Source of the DNA: Rhizaria sp. SCN 62-66
Taxonomy: Eukaryota
Assembly: GCA_001724265.1 (NCBI GenBank)
Contig: MEDY01000409.1
Location: forward strand, 1-49,823
Direction: 5' to 3'
Length of the DNA: 49,823 bases
This document shows, piece by piece, positions 1 through 11,579 of this stretch. Under the pieces are notes generated by a model. That model had not been told where the DNA came from. It saw nothing but the letters and a program-made list of their open reading frames with translations, and searched no databases. The position numbers and the translations under genes were made by a program. Position 1 is the first letter of the stretch. Each line of letters begins with the position of its first letter.

Positions 1-1
1 G

Positions 2-37
2 TCCGGCCCCACCATCGTCCACCGCAAGTGCTTCTAA
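2..37 (+). CDS. ACT: Actin, extreme 3' end (gene starts before the window)
   Basis: Bases 2-37 read TCC GGC CCC ACC ATC GTC CAC CGC AAG TGC TTC TAA = SGPTIVHRKCF*, matching the actin C-terminus (SGPSIVHRKCF). Stop is TAA. Confidence 0.9.
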   Translation, partial: SGPTIVHRKCF

Positions 38-759
38 GCACTTTTCGGTCACGCGCGATGAAGCCAGCTCTGACTGCTGCTGCTCTTTTGTTCTGTTCTC
101 TCCACTTTGTTCCACTCCGCTGGCGGTTAACGGCTCGTGAGGCCTGCCCCGGCTTGTAAAGATTTTCTCACACAACACTCAATACAATGTTGCTTTTTCA
201 ACTCTTGAGAAAACTCCAAATTTGTCCGTAATCATATTTTGTGATGCTTGTTCCGTTCGGAGCAACATAGACTCTCTCAGCAATACAAGTTAGAACCATG
301 CTAGAAAGAATTCGACTTAAATAGGATTATAAAGACTATAACTAGACGGCATAGTTTTCGTCATACAATTTCATAGACATTCATTTCGAATTGCGTTTGT
401 TAAGTACATAATGTACATTTAATGCCTACCGTCTTGCATGCTCCACAAGCTGACATCCGTTAGTGGTGAAATGAGGAGCAAACGTCAAATCTTAAGCTGA
501 AATGCGATCGGTAAATTAATTGTTAATAACAATAATGCAAACAGTTTCACAAACCCTAAAACACGTAATTTATTCTTTTACATTAATAATTCAAGTACAC
601 ATCATTTTATAGCTGAAAAGCTCATCCGAAGCTTCCAGTGCCGTCATACTCTCACCAGTCTTCACCTTATCATGCTTGTTTCTGATGCCTCTACTTTGGT
701 TTTAGGCCATCATTGCGATATAAGGCTGGAGGATTATTGGGCCATTGGACTGCTGTAAA

Positions 760-3135
760 ATGCCGTTTGATTTGCGCCCTTTACATTAGGCTCTGGCCGA
801 CCTGAGCTCTGCATCAACTGCCTGCACTGGCGTCATCGCTGTCCGAGACATGGTTTGTTCCGTCTCCCACGAGCATGCATTGTCAGACTGCATCGATGTT
901 TGCGCTCAACACGACGTTTACCGTATTCTTACTTGCTCATTAAGCTATTCCGCTGATACTTTGGCTCCTGAGCGTCTTCATTACGTCGCTGAGGTGCTCA
1001 CAGTCCTCTCGCGTTCTACTCTCGGCTGTGTTGAGCTCATCAAAAGTGGAGTCTGTGAGCAGTTATGCAGCATTCTCTGCGTGAAGAATCCACGCCCGCT
1101 TGTGGAGTGCGTGCTTGAAATCTTGGGCAATATGTTTGAGCACAACGCCTTCAGTCGCGATCCAGCCGTCGCACACGCCATACTGATGCGTCTGTCAGCG
1201 TTTGCAGTCGACCTCCACGAACAGCCTGACGATGCGCAAGTTGTTGTGCCAGCAACACACAAGCGACTTGCAAGGGTCGTAGCCGCCGCAGCCAACTCTA
1301 ACCCATCACTGCCTTTCACGGTTGCGGCGCCTCTTGCGCCGCTGCTGCAGCTCGCACTAGCGCGCTATTCCGGTTCACAACAGTTTGACACTGCGCTTAA
1401 CAGCACGGTGCTTGCGCTCGCCGGACTCTTCCGCCTTGATGGTGGCGTTAACGCTGAAGCTATGCTACTTAATTTTGCATGTGGTGACGCGTTTGACTGT
1501 GTGCTGGATTTGCTTTCGCGTACGAGCATCTCACGCACGCCACTGCTGTCGCTGCTCGAAAAGGCAGCATCGCTGGATGCTGAGAGTTGTGCACTTGTCT
1601 TCACCACAACGCGACTTGTTACTACGCGTGCCGCGGTAGCAAGCGGATGGAGTAGTCTTTCGCGTTTGGCCCAACTGCAACTAGTCCGTGTGTTTGTGCG
1701 GCTCGCCAGTGCTTCGCCAGTGCTTGCCGCTCGCGTCACTGCTTCCGGCATTGTCGTGGCGTTGCTGCCGCTTGCACCGCCACCTCATGGCCGGACTGTT
1801 GCCGCCGAGGTGCGCGCGACATGCCGGGCAACTGTGGAGCTCCTTGCAGCTGTGATGACTGCGGCTGCAGTCGGAGATGACGCAGTTGCCACAGCGCGCG
1901 TTCTTCTCGAATGCGGTGCGGTACAGTACTGCACCCGCTCGTTATTGATAGAGGCGCTATGGAGTGCGGAGACTGATACCACGTTGCGACTATTAACATT
2001 GCTGCAATTTTTTGTGACAGCAGGCGACACGACCCCTGATCCCGCTGTGCTAGCTGAAGGTGTTGTGCCTCAAAATCCATTTGTCGCCGCTTTTTTAGAT
2101 GCTCGTGGAAAGCACGTGCTGGATCTGTTGCGTTACGCAACGGGCATGAACGCGAGTAACAAAGCATTCCTTGCCCAGCTGTGCGCGGTGCTCGAGAACA
2201 TGCAGGTCATCGCCGTGAGGGACGCCTACGACGAGGTGACTGATCAGGCGGCAGGTGATGAATTGCACGCTTTTGTTTCGCAGTTTTCGGATTGGCAAAC
2301 TGCACTTGACGCTCACGTAGCACGTACCTTGGAGCAGGCTGGATATCCAAGGCGTGCAGCGCGCAGAATGCGAGCAGGTATGGCAGCACCAGTGACACTG
2401 TTTGCGACACCGTCGCGAGCTGCGCTGAGACTGTTACAGGCACGTGCCCGTGAGCTTGCTCTAGCGCATTCGCACGCATCGCGCTTTCTGGCTGTTGATG
2501 CCACAATGCAATTAGGTTTGTTTGATCATGAGAGGGGCGAGCGGTGTGAGTATACACTCACGGTGGCGCTCGATGACGCGCGACTACCCAGTCACGCAGC
2601 GCATTTCCGCGCTGCAGCGTGGGCGGGCGCGCTGGGGGACCACGCACATCAGTGCTTTCGGCATCAATCCAGTACGGCTGTAAAGTGTGATGTGCAACCA
2701 TATGTGGCGCTCTATCACGGGGATGCGTTGTGTTCTGACACACCACTTTTGCTGCCAGATGAAGACATTGTCTTTGGCGAGTACGTGTCACCTGGGCATG
2801 ATGTAACGTATCCCGGAGGCACGGTGCTTATCTGTCCTCGATCTGTTCTTCCACCAAGCCAGTTTTGCTTGCGCGACACGTTTGTGTTTGTGGTTCATGA
2901 GACGTGCGCAGCGAGCGCGCTCCCAGGCGCCGTGCCTGTTGGTCGCATTGTCCGGTGCATCCGCGCAGCAGCCGCGACGGTGTCACCTTCTCGTGCACAA
3001 TCAACTGACGGCACAGCAGTTTCTGAGCAGCTATTTAACACAATTGTTTTGAAGAGCTTCCAGGCGCAAAGCATGGGAGGTCAATGTGGGAATGCAGGAT
3101 GTACGAGCGCACTCAACATTGTTCCGTCTTTGTAA
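760..3135 (+). CDS. Importin-alpha-like armadillo-repeat protein with a degenerate cyclophilin-like C-terminal region (about 791 aa if TAG 787-789 is read as sense)
   Basis: The 761-aa ORF 850-3135 extends in frame to ATG 760 through one TAG (MPFDLRPLH*ALADLSS...). Leu/Ala helical repeats are present, and LLQFFVTAGD...NPFVAAFLDARGKHVLDLL resembles the importin-alpha C-terminal ARM repeat. Stop is TAA. The product call is tentative. Confidence 0.6.
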
Positions 3136-4065
3136 TATCACAGGACAAAAAGGACAGTGGTAATTGAAGCTAGCAGTATTTAAATGCTGCATTCACTGTT
3201 TTAATGCTATTTAGTCAAGATTTAGAAAATATATACATAGTTTACCTTGTAATTTAACTTGATATTTGCTTCGCATATGCCGGAACATGGGGGTATAGGT
3301 AAGAACCGTATTGCTATGGTATCACGATAGTCGTCAAAATGACTCGTATAGTCCAGTATAGAATACGGTGTTATGCCTGTAGTACTTAAATTTCAAATCT
3401 TTCAAGAACGTACGTGTTTGAGCATACTAATTCGATGTGCAACGCTAGATTGGAATCAACAAATACCGCATACATATACGTAGTACGTACTATGTGTCAT
3501 GTTGGAAATAGAGATGTAAAGGAGCATATGTACAAGATATACTGAGTTGGATTCACATTTCCGCACGACATAACATGTATGAACGTTAAAGAGTGAGATT
3601 TATCTCTGGATTTATCGTATTGGACTTTTTTTCAAGATGTTACAAGTTAAGTAGATGTTGTGACCATTAACCGTTTTTAACAGCGCCACTTTCGTGTGCG
3701 TGCGTTGCTCCATGAATTGGGCTAAAATGCCGTAATATCATCGTGCACGGCCGTATATTTAAGGTATCATGATTTAAATTGGTATTTATGTATTATGCTA
3801 TTTGATTCACATGTAGTATTCACTCTGGGCTGCTTAAAAGCTCATATTATCTCGTACCATTACGGATGACGTCGCTTGTCTCCGTCTCTATTTATATTGT
3901 ACCAACGCGTTTGATTAAGGACTCAGATACGTGTTTTCTGCTAAGCATGCATTAGCACAGGGCAACTATTTCCACCACCTCTGTGTTTGTTTGCAAATGC
4001 CTCTGAAGTATAGCGTATGCTCATTTTTCTTCTATAACGCTCACACAGAAACCATCTTCTTTTGA

Positions 4066-4470
4066 ATGCGCCTGGTTTTTGCTGTGTGCTTTTTCGCGCT
4101 CCTCATTCTGCAGATGTCCACGGTTCGCGCCATCGAAGGCTATACAACGTTTACGCACATTGCGCACCGCGAGGAGTGGGAGGCTCAAAAGGACAGCAAG
4201 TTCTACGCGCCCTCGGCCTACAACCCCAAGGACCCTGACTCGTTCGTGCACTGCACGCAGGCGGACAAGAAGCAACTTTCTGGTGTCCTTGAGCGTTTTT
4301 TCCCCAACAAAACGGCCGAGCTGGTGCTGCTTTTTATCGACCACGACAGCGTGCAGGCCAAGGTTGTTGAGGAGAAGACGCCCGACGGTTGGTTTCCCCA
4401 CGTCTATGGTGCGATTAACAAGGACGCCATCTACGGCGTTGCGCCCCTTGACCGTTCCCTCATGGGCTAA
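4066..4470 (+). CDS. DUF952-family protein with a predicted signal peptide
   Basis: Motifs HIAHREEWEA, FVHC, RFF, LVLLFID and FPHVYGAI match the DUF952 pattern (FIHCS...FPHLYGPL). Strong C/G third-position bias. Hydrophobic N-terminus ending VRA. Stop is TAA. Confidence 0.8.
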   Translation: MRLVFAVCFFALLILQMSTVRAIEGYTTFTHIAHREEWEAQKDSKFYAPSAYNPKDPDSFVHCTQADKKQLSGVLERFFPNKTAELVLLFIDHDSVQAKVVEEKTPDGWFPHVYGAINKDAIYGVAPLDRSLMG

Positions 4471-4505
4471 GTTTGCCACCGTGGTCAATGACTTAACTAT
4501 GTGAA

Positions 4506-4535
4506 CACTGCACTATAATAGCACTGCACTATAAT
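4506..4535. repeat. Short tandem duplication CACTGCACTATAAT x2 (16-bp period)
   Basis: Directly visible at 4506-4519 and 4522-4535, between two convergent 3' ends. Confidence 0.85.
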
Positions 4536-4747
4536 CGTGTCAGCGCGTTGCCATATCAACGTATCTTACGACGACTTCAATGCGAACCCGTCTGGTGTGC
4601 AATGACGTACAACAACTTGAATCCTTCTAGATACTACAACTGTATTTAAGTTTATCTTGAAGAGTTGACTGAATAATAAAATGACGCCTTAAATAAAACA
4701 TTCTGAATAGAATCAGCCTTCAGGCTGGCGTACGTGACAGCATAAGC

Positions 4748-7700
4748 TTAAAGATTGTCATCAGTCGTGATTGAACTCGCAGCAAACAGAGTCACACTCT
4801 CTTCCCGCAAGAACGGTAACAGTCCGCGCACCCACGCTAGCTCTTGCGGAACGGTGTCTGTAAAAGAACTGCGCGTTGCAGTTGCACTAGCAACGGGCGG
4901 TAGTTGCACCGTAGCACCCCCCACTTGGACATCATCCGTCATAGCGCCGGCGACGCGTGCACGTTTCACTTGATGAGATTCAGCAACAGAAAGTTGTTGC
5001 TCAATTCGCGACGCCGCCGCAGATGCCGCAGCGACTGCGGCAGCGTGCTTTGCTTGTTTATAGACGGCCTTGCCCCTTTTTGTAGAGCTCATGATAGTCT
5101 CGCGCGCCAAAGCATCCGTCCTGACCTTGCCAGCAGGTCCGAGTGCGCTCGTGTCAGTGGGGAGAGAGGAATTATTCGAAACAAAAGCCTCCGAGGACTC
5201 CGGACTAAAGCCGCCAGTGAGGACTGAAGAGCGGGAAGCAAGCACCATGAGTCCCCTCCACAGTTGTGCGGCGCCGGGCGAATGAGTGCCAGTTGCGGCG
5301 AGACGTGTCGGGGGCACACGGCGGTCGCGAACGCTGCCGCTGTCGGCACCAACGCATCCGACTGCGTCAGGGCAGACGAGAGTGTCAGCAAAGGCCTGTA
5401 AACCAAGCCATCGTAATTGGCAGCGGGTAAGAGGAAATGCGGCGACAGAGCCGCACGCCGCGCGCTCGCGCGAAAGCTTGTTCGAGACCATGATCACAAA
5501 CGCGTCTAAGGCGCCCATTGCGCTTGCCAACACGAACTGCGGCGAATGCGGACTCATCAAGTCGTCATCGTGCGTTGGCGCAACTTGCAGCGTGGTGCGA
5601 TGCGAGCGCGCTGCGCAGCGCGACGGCGTCCGCGCAGCAGCATGTTCACGTGATAATGCAGCCACCATGGCCCATAGCCGCAATGCGAGGACAGCGCAGG
5701 CCTGGTAGGCGTTAAGTGCAACGACTGCCGGTGGATTGACGCGGGCATCCCACAGGACAAGCTGGGCTGCAAGTGGTGGTACTGAGCGCTGCAGAGCGCC
5801 GCGCATCCACTCGCCGGCGGGGGCGTCACCACGCAACAATAAAAGCGATCGCGCCGACTGCTGCATCATCCGCGTGTAGTCGCCGCGCACTTCAAATCCG
5901 TAGTGATGCATCGCGACTGCGTCCCGTGCAGGCAACAAACACGGCAAGACCGGACCGCGGCGGGCCATGGAGCGGAACATCAGACTGTTCCATGGAACCC
6001 AGTCAGTGCGCTTCCAGAGCGCATCGGGGCCAACGTTAGGGTCACTGCTGCGTGCAACATCACCTCCTCCAACGTCACAGGTGCTGCGCAGAGTAAAGTT
6101 AGCGGTGGACTTCGAGGCCTTGATAGAGACAGCGGCTACTGTGTTGAGCTTCTGCGCCAGCGTCGAGGCGGCCGCGGTGGCAGCAAGCTCACTGGTCGTA
6201 CAGACAAGATAGTCATCGACCTGGCGCATCACCAACTGGGCTGGCGCAGAGGGACCACTCGGCACGGGCCCCGAAGAAGCAGCGAGTTCGTTGGCGCGCG
6301 CAATTGCTGGCAGCAATACGGTGTTGTCAACGGTGCCCATGTACAGACATGCAAGCAATGTCGAGATTACCGAGCCTTGTGGCACGCCGCAGCGCTGGCG
6401 CAATAGCTGTGGCCCCGACTGAAGAACAGTATTGTAGACCACGCACCGCACAGCAGCAAGCAAGGCGCCACGAGTTAAACGCGTTGCAGCGGTCAAGCCA
6501 TCGCGCACGTTGGCGTTGGGGTCGCGCACGGCAGCCAGCTGCGGCACCATCACGCGAGCTGGCGTGGCGGGGCCAGACAGCGTGCGTGCCATTACCGCAG
6601 TCGCTGTGAGTGCGGCAGTGGCGCCTGCGGTTGACAGCGGCGGCGGCTCGGCGGCAAGGGGCAGGAAGCCCAACATGCCGCGCGCCCACAGCGACCCCGC
6701 GCCGACGCCGCTGTAGACTGGGGGCATGTTGCCCGAGTCGTCGGAGGCAATGACATGCGGCTGCTGGCGCAACACTGCGCGTGCGCTCGAGGTCGCCATG
6801 ACTGGAACACGTACATGCCAATAGACAGGGGAGGCAAGCACACGTTCAACTTGGCGCAGCACGGGCGCGCGCGGTAACGAATCGAAGCAGCGCTCCACGT
6901 CTGCCGCAAACAACCACATCTGTGGCAGGGAGTCAGATGGTTCAATGGACGGACTTCGAGTAACAAACCATGGCAACAGCGCCGCGTTACCCGCCGGATC
7001 AGCAATTCGGGCGAGACGCCGCCACTGGCGCGCAAGTCCTAGGATGCGTTCGTGGACATGTGCGTGACCGGACACCGTGGCACCGAGCGCGGGTAGCGAG
7101 CCAACACGTGGCGTCGTCACGTAGCGGAGTACATCAAGCACGGGCCGCAACGCGTCGTTGAGTGACTGAGAGAACACAGGAAAGTGCTTAAGCTGAAGCG
7201 AATGTGGCTTAAATGTGGAAGGGCGTGACATGTTTACAATCGGACGAAGACTGCTTGGGCGCGGCTGTGGCATGGGACGCAGAAAAAAGAAAGCGGATAC
7301 AGATATGTGAGTGGATTAATGATGGGATACATAATGTCAGTAAGTTAAGCAGCCAAGCCAATAGTTGGGCAAGTGTTTCACATTCTCAATGAAACATTTG
7401 CATACCCGAAGTGCGAGGTTTGCAATTCCGATGCCAGGAATCCCCTCATCGTTGCAGACGGCGGTGCATACGCGCGCCCCGGCGCATCCGTTGCCACAGC
7501 CACAGACGCCCTTGTCGGGCACCACACGTGGGCCGCCCGCTGCGCCAACCACAGGATCTGCGAGCAAGTCAGTCGCAACGAGTCGACGACCAAGTGCGTG
7601 CAGCTGCGCCACCGACAGCGCACCAGCGTTGACCTGATGTACTAGGGCTACAGACCTTCGCAAGCCCGGTGCGCGGCACGACAGCAGTGCGAATGCGGCC

Positions 7701-10700
7701 ATCGGTGTCAGCTGCTCGTACATCCGCACCGTACCCGCCAAGACGGGCTCTGTCGACACGCGCAAGTCAAGCTGCGTATCAGACGGATCAGGTTCGTTGG
7801 ACCCCAAGTCGCTCATGGATGCGCCTGGTTGAAGTCGCGGAAAAGGAGACGGTTCGACAACGCGGCGAAGCACCGCAAGCCACACGGTGCGGTGTAGAAA
7901 CACGACTGCAGAGCCCGTAGTAGCGCTGTCGGAGTCAGCCACATAGAAGTGTTGTCGGAGCAGCGGGATCACCACTTCGCGGAGCAGAAACGTTTGAAGC
8001 AGACACAGTATCTGTTGTGAGGCACGAGCTAGGCCTGACCACTTCTCATTGCCCTTCTTTGGCGCATTCTTACCTGCGTCTGGCCTGATACAACCAGCAG
8101 ACACCATTTTGCGCGCATCGCCACGAGCAACAGCTTTGCACGCGCCGTGGACCCTGGCCCTCTGAGCTGCAGACAGCCAGGAGACGTCCTGAATGGGGAT
8201 GCCGGCAACCAAGTCCGTCGCCGTGACCGACTCAAAGCGCCCGCGCAGCGCGGCCCACACAAGCCGGCCCTGGGCCGCCGCAGCGGCGCGGTGCGAGCCC
8301 CAGAAGGCGACGCCAAACACTTCGTCCAGCGCGGCGCTGACGAAGGCGGCCACGGCGGCGCGCGGGGTCGCCAGGGACAGCAGCGAGTGCAACACAGCCG
8401 TGTCAGTTTTCTCTCCGAGAGAGTTCTTAACGGCAAAGCACAGTAGATCAGACCGCGTGTGCTTGCGGAGGAGTTGCGCATAAGAGCAACTGCGATGGCG
8501 CTCTAGAGATGCAGCAAGGCGTGATTGCAATGCCTTTAGCGGTGGTGGGATGCGCACACATACGCGCGGCAAGAGCGGCGTCTGAGCAGGCTTTATAGCG
8601 GCAGCAGTCGCTGCTGTGGAAGACTCTGACACTGACGGCATGATCTTTGTGGAGTTGACAAGCACTGTGTATGGCGTTTTGTGCGCTGAAGGGTCAGGTT
8701 GCTTCGGCACCTCAAGTGGTGAAACTCGTCGCCCTGCGTTCGGCTGCTTCGGGCGGACCTGCAAAGAAAATGCAATGGCGAGCACCCCGCACGCCGCGCG
8801 GCGCGCCCAACTCGCGGTGGGCGTGCGGAGGGAAGCGTGTCCCACACTGGCGGCGTTCGCATCGTTGCTATCGGACATGGGCTAATGAACAGACTTCCTC
8901 CACGCTTTGGCCGCCGAGATTTCGGCTGCGGAGAGCGGGGGCAAGACTGCGCAGAGCCAGTGCGCGGCAGGATATCCATGTGCGCCAGGGGGACGTAGCG
9001 GTGCGTCACCTTGCCCATCAAGCCGCGCAAGCGTTGCAGCGCGCGAAGAGATGCGGCCAGCCATGTCGCGCGCGGTGCGCACAAGCGGCGTGACGCGGCT
9101 GTAGAAGAGAGCCTTGCGCGAGATAAACGTTCGACGTGTGCGCACAATGCCTGCGCTCGCCGCTGTGCTTTGTGTGCGAGTCGGCACAAACGAGAGGCGA
9201 CCAAGGGGGCCGAGACAAACGCGAAACCCAGCAGCAGGTGAACACAGTGCAAACGGAAGCGTGTATGCAGCACGGCGCTTAGCAGCAGTCACCAGCTCGG
9301 ACATCGCTGTAGTAGCAAGTGCGCAGGTACGGGGAAGCGCAAGAGCGCGCATGCTAAAGGCGCAAGGTGAAGGTGCTGATGTGGATCCTATCGTCACAGA
9401 GGCAATAGTTGCGGATGTGCTTGTCGATGACGCCACTGGTGATACTAGAGACGACGACGATGACGACGACGACGATGACGCTGATGCAGCTTCCATGAAA
9501 ATGCGGGTGGGGGCCTTGTACTCATAGTGCGAGGCAAGAAAAGCAAGCCAGCTCGCAACGGCGCGCGCACTGGCTGCGACTTCACTGTCGCTCACGCTCA
9601 TGTTGTCTGCACCGACAGCGATCACAGCCTTGTTTTTGATCTTCGCCTTTGCCCTGGCTGCAGCGGTATTCGCCGCGCGGGCGCGGGCCTCAAAGGCGGC
9701 AAGAGCAGCGGCACGCGCACTGGCTACAGCAGGCGCGGGCGCGGGCAGCCGCGGCGCAGGCTTCCGTGTGACAAACGACAGCGGCGGACCACACACCTGC
9801 AGATAGATCAGCCGGTCCTGGCGCAGCGCGGGGACGCCCGACAGCTGCACAGGCCGCGCAAGCGCGAAGAGCGTGGTGCGCAGCAGCAGCGCGGCGACGA
9901 TGTCCGCACCGACGCGCGCCAGCAGCAAACACCAGGGTGAGCCACACTGCGCACGCCAGGAGTCGCTGAGCGTGGCCGCGCAGCCGGAGCGCGGGCACCA
10001 CAGCGCGCGCACCGCGGGGGCGCTCAGCGGCGGCGGTGCGCCCGCAAGCAGCTTCGCCTGAGACACCGCTGCGGCCGCGAGCGCGCCTCCACACAGGACA
10101 GAGGGCGGCAGGGACGCGGTCGCGAGCGCGGAGTCGGCGTCGGCGGCAGCAGCGACGGTCGCCTCCTCCGCCGCCGCCGCGGACGCGGCGGGTGCAGCTG
10201 CTGCAAAGAGCGTGGCGGCGGTCGAGTGGGTCGAGACCGTCGCGGGGTCAGTGGTGGCGCTGGCCTCGTCGAGCACCGGCAGTCGCAGCGCGCCGATGGC
10301 CCCACTGGCCCGCGCGCCGTCGGCGGCGATCGTGACGGCCAGCACCTGCGCCATGCTGGGCAGCTGCCGCTCGGCGCCCGCAGCGCGACCGGGGCCAACG
10401 TTGCAGCGCGCACCAACGCCAGTGTAAGTAGCGCCAGTGTAGGTAGCGCCGTTGTCAGTGCCAGTGTAAGCGCCAGCGTCGGGGCGGGGCCCAGAGGCGG
10501 CAGCAGCGCCGGCAGCCATCGCAACGGCGCCCGGCGCGGCCCCGGTCCCGGGCGCTGCGGCTGCGCTGGGCTTGGGGAGCGAGCCGGGCACAACGGCGAT
10601 GGGCAGGTTGCGCACGCAGGGCCAGTCGCGGGCGGCGGCGGCGGCGCGCTCTTGGTCGGCCGCGCGCTCGAGCAGCGCTAGCGTGGTCCCGGCACCGATT

Positions 10701-11236
10701 AGTGCCTCCAGCGACGCAGGCAGCAGCGGCAGCAATGGCGGCGGCGGCGGCGCGGTGGTCGGCACCTACGCTGTGATTGAGGCGGCGTCCTCTGCGGCGG
10801 CAGCGGCTGCCGCAGCGGCGGCTGAGAGCTCTGCTGCAGCGCGTGCGGCGACGGCGACCTCGACGGCGGTGGCTACGCGCGGCGGGAGATCTTCGTCGGC
10901 GAGGAAGGTGGCGGAGCACGGCGGACAGAACGGGTGCAGGTAGTCGTGGCCGAGGCGGCGCCAGTCGAGCGCGCCGCTTCCGGCGCAAATGCGCGTGTCT
11001 TCGCACACGAGCGTGGTGCGCAGCAGTGCGCGGTACGACGCGGGGTCGTCGGGCCGCAGCAGATCGCGCGGCGACAGCGCCAGACCGCACCCGTTCAATC
11101 CGGGCGCAGCGCTGGATGCGGTTAAAAACACGTACAGTGACGGGTACGCGCGACTAAAACACTTCAAGAATGCCTTGGTCTTCTGCGAGAGGGGCAGCGG
11201 ACTCCCCAGCTCTTGGAGCAATGACCTCGGGGGCAT
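4748..11236 (-). CDS. TERT: Telomerase reverse transcriptase; exons 11236-7406 and 7264-4748, two in-frame TAGs (10766-10768, 8882-8884), about 2115 aa
   Basis: TERT motifs occur in the expected order across four ORF pieces: N-terminal LLRPDDPASYRALL; GQ/TEN WCLLLARVGADIVAALL...YLQVCGPPL; CP-like CSYAQLLRKH; QFP-like VAAFVSAALDEVFGVAFWGS; T motif LLRQHFYVADS...FLHRTVW; motifs 1/2 rebuilt by splicing (NLALR|PRPSSLRPIVNM); A AADVERCFDSLP; B' GVPQGSVISTLLACLYMG; C MRQVDDYLV; E WVPWNSL. Stop is TAA. Confidence 0.93.
7265..7405 (-). other. Spliceosomal intron in TERT (141 bp)
   Basis: GTATGC donor at 7405, AT-rich body with a pyrimidine tract, CCACAG acceptor ending at 7265. Removal joins RT motif 1 to motif 2 in frame. 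Confidence 0.85.
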
Positions 11237-11579
11237 TGTTTCAACACTATATAACTGATATAAGACCTAAGCTAAATAATATGGAATGGAAATGCGTATT
11301 TCTTGCGTGTTAGTGCGATTATTATCTGAAAAAATGTTCGAGTTATGCTGGGATCGATGAATGTTCAAGTCTTGGAGCTTCGACTGATTTGGCGGGCAGA
11401 CATAGGCAAGCAGATTTCCAGATGACTGATTGCGTTGTACAATCCGTTGTCACGAATTTGGTAAATGATTTAAAATAGGTCTGTGCATTTCACATATGAT
11501 TTCTTTAATTTACATTTACAGTCTTTTTTTCAGGCTAGATACAGGATAATTCACATCCCCACCAAACGACGACGATTAG

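Noticed and set aside
551-560. Telomere-like AAACCCTAAA
   Set aside because: Single copy in an AT-rich spacer, expected by chance; no array.
4748-7273. Reverse transcriptase ORF as a retrotransposon or group II intron
   Set aside because: Telomerase-specific GQ, CP, QFP and T motifs lie upstream in the same gene; no endonuclease, integrase or terminal repeats are seen.
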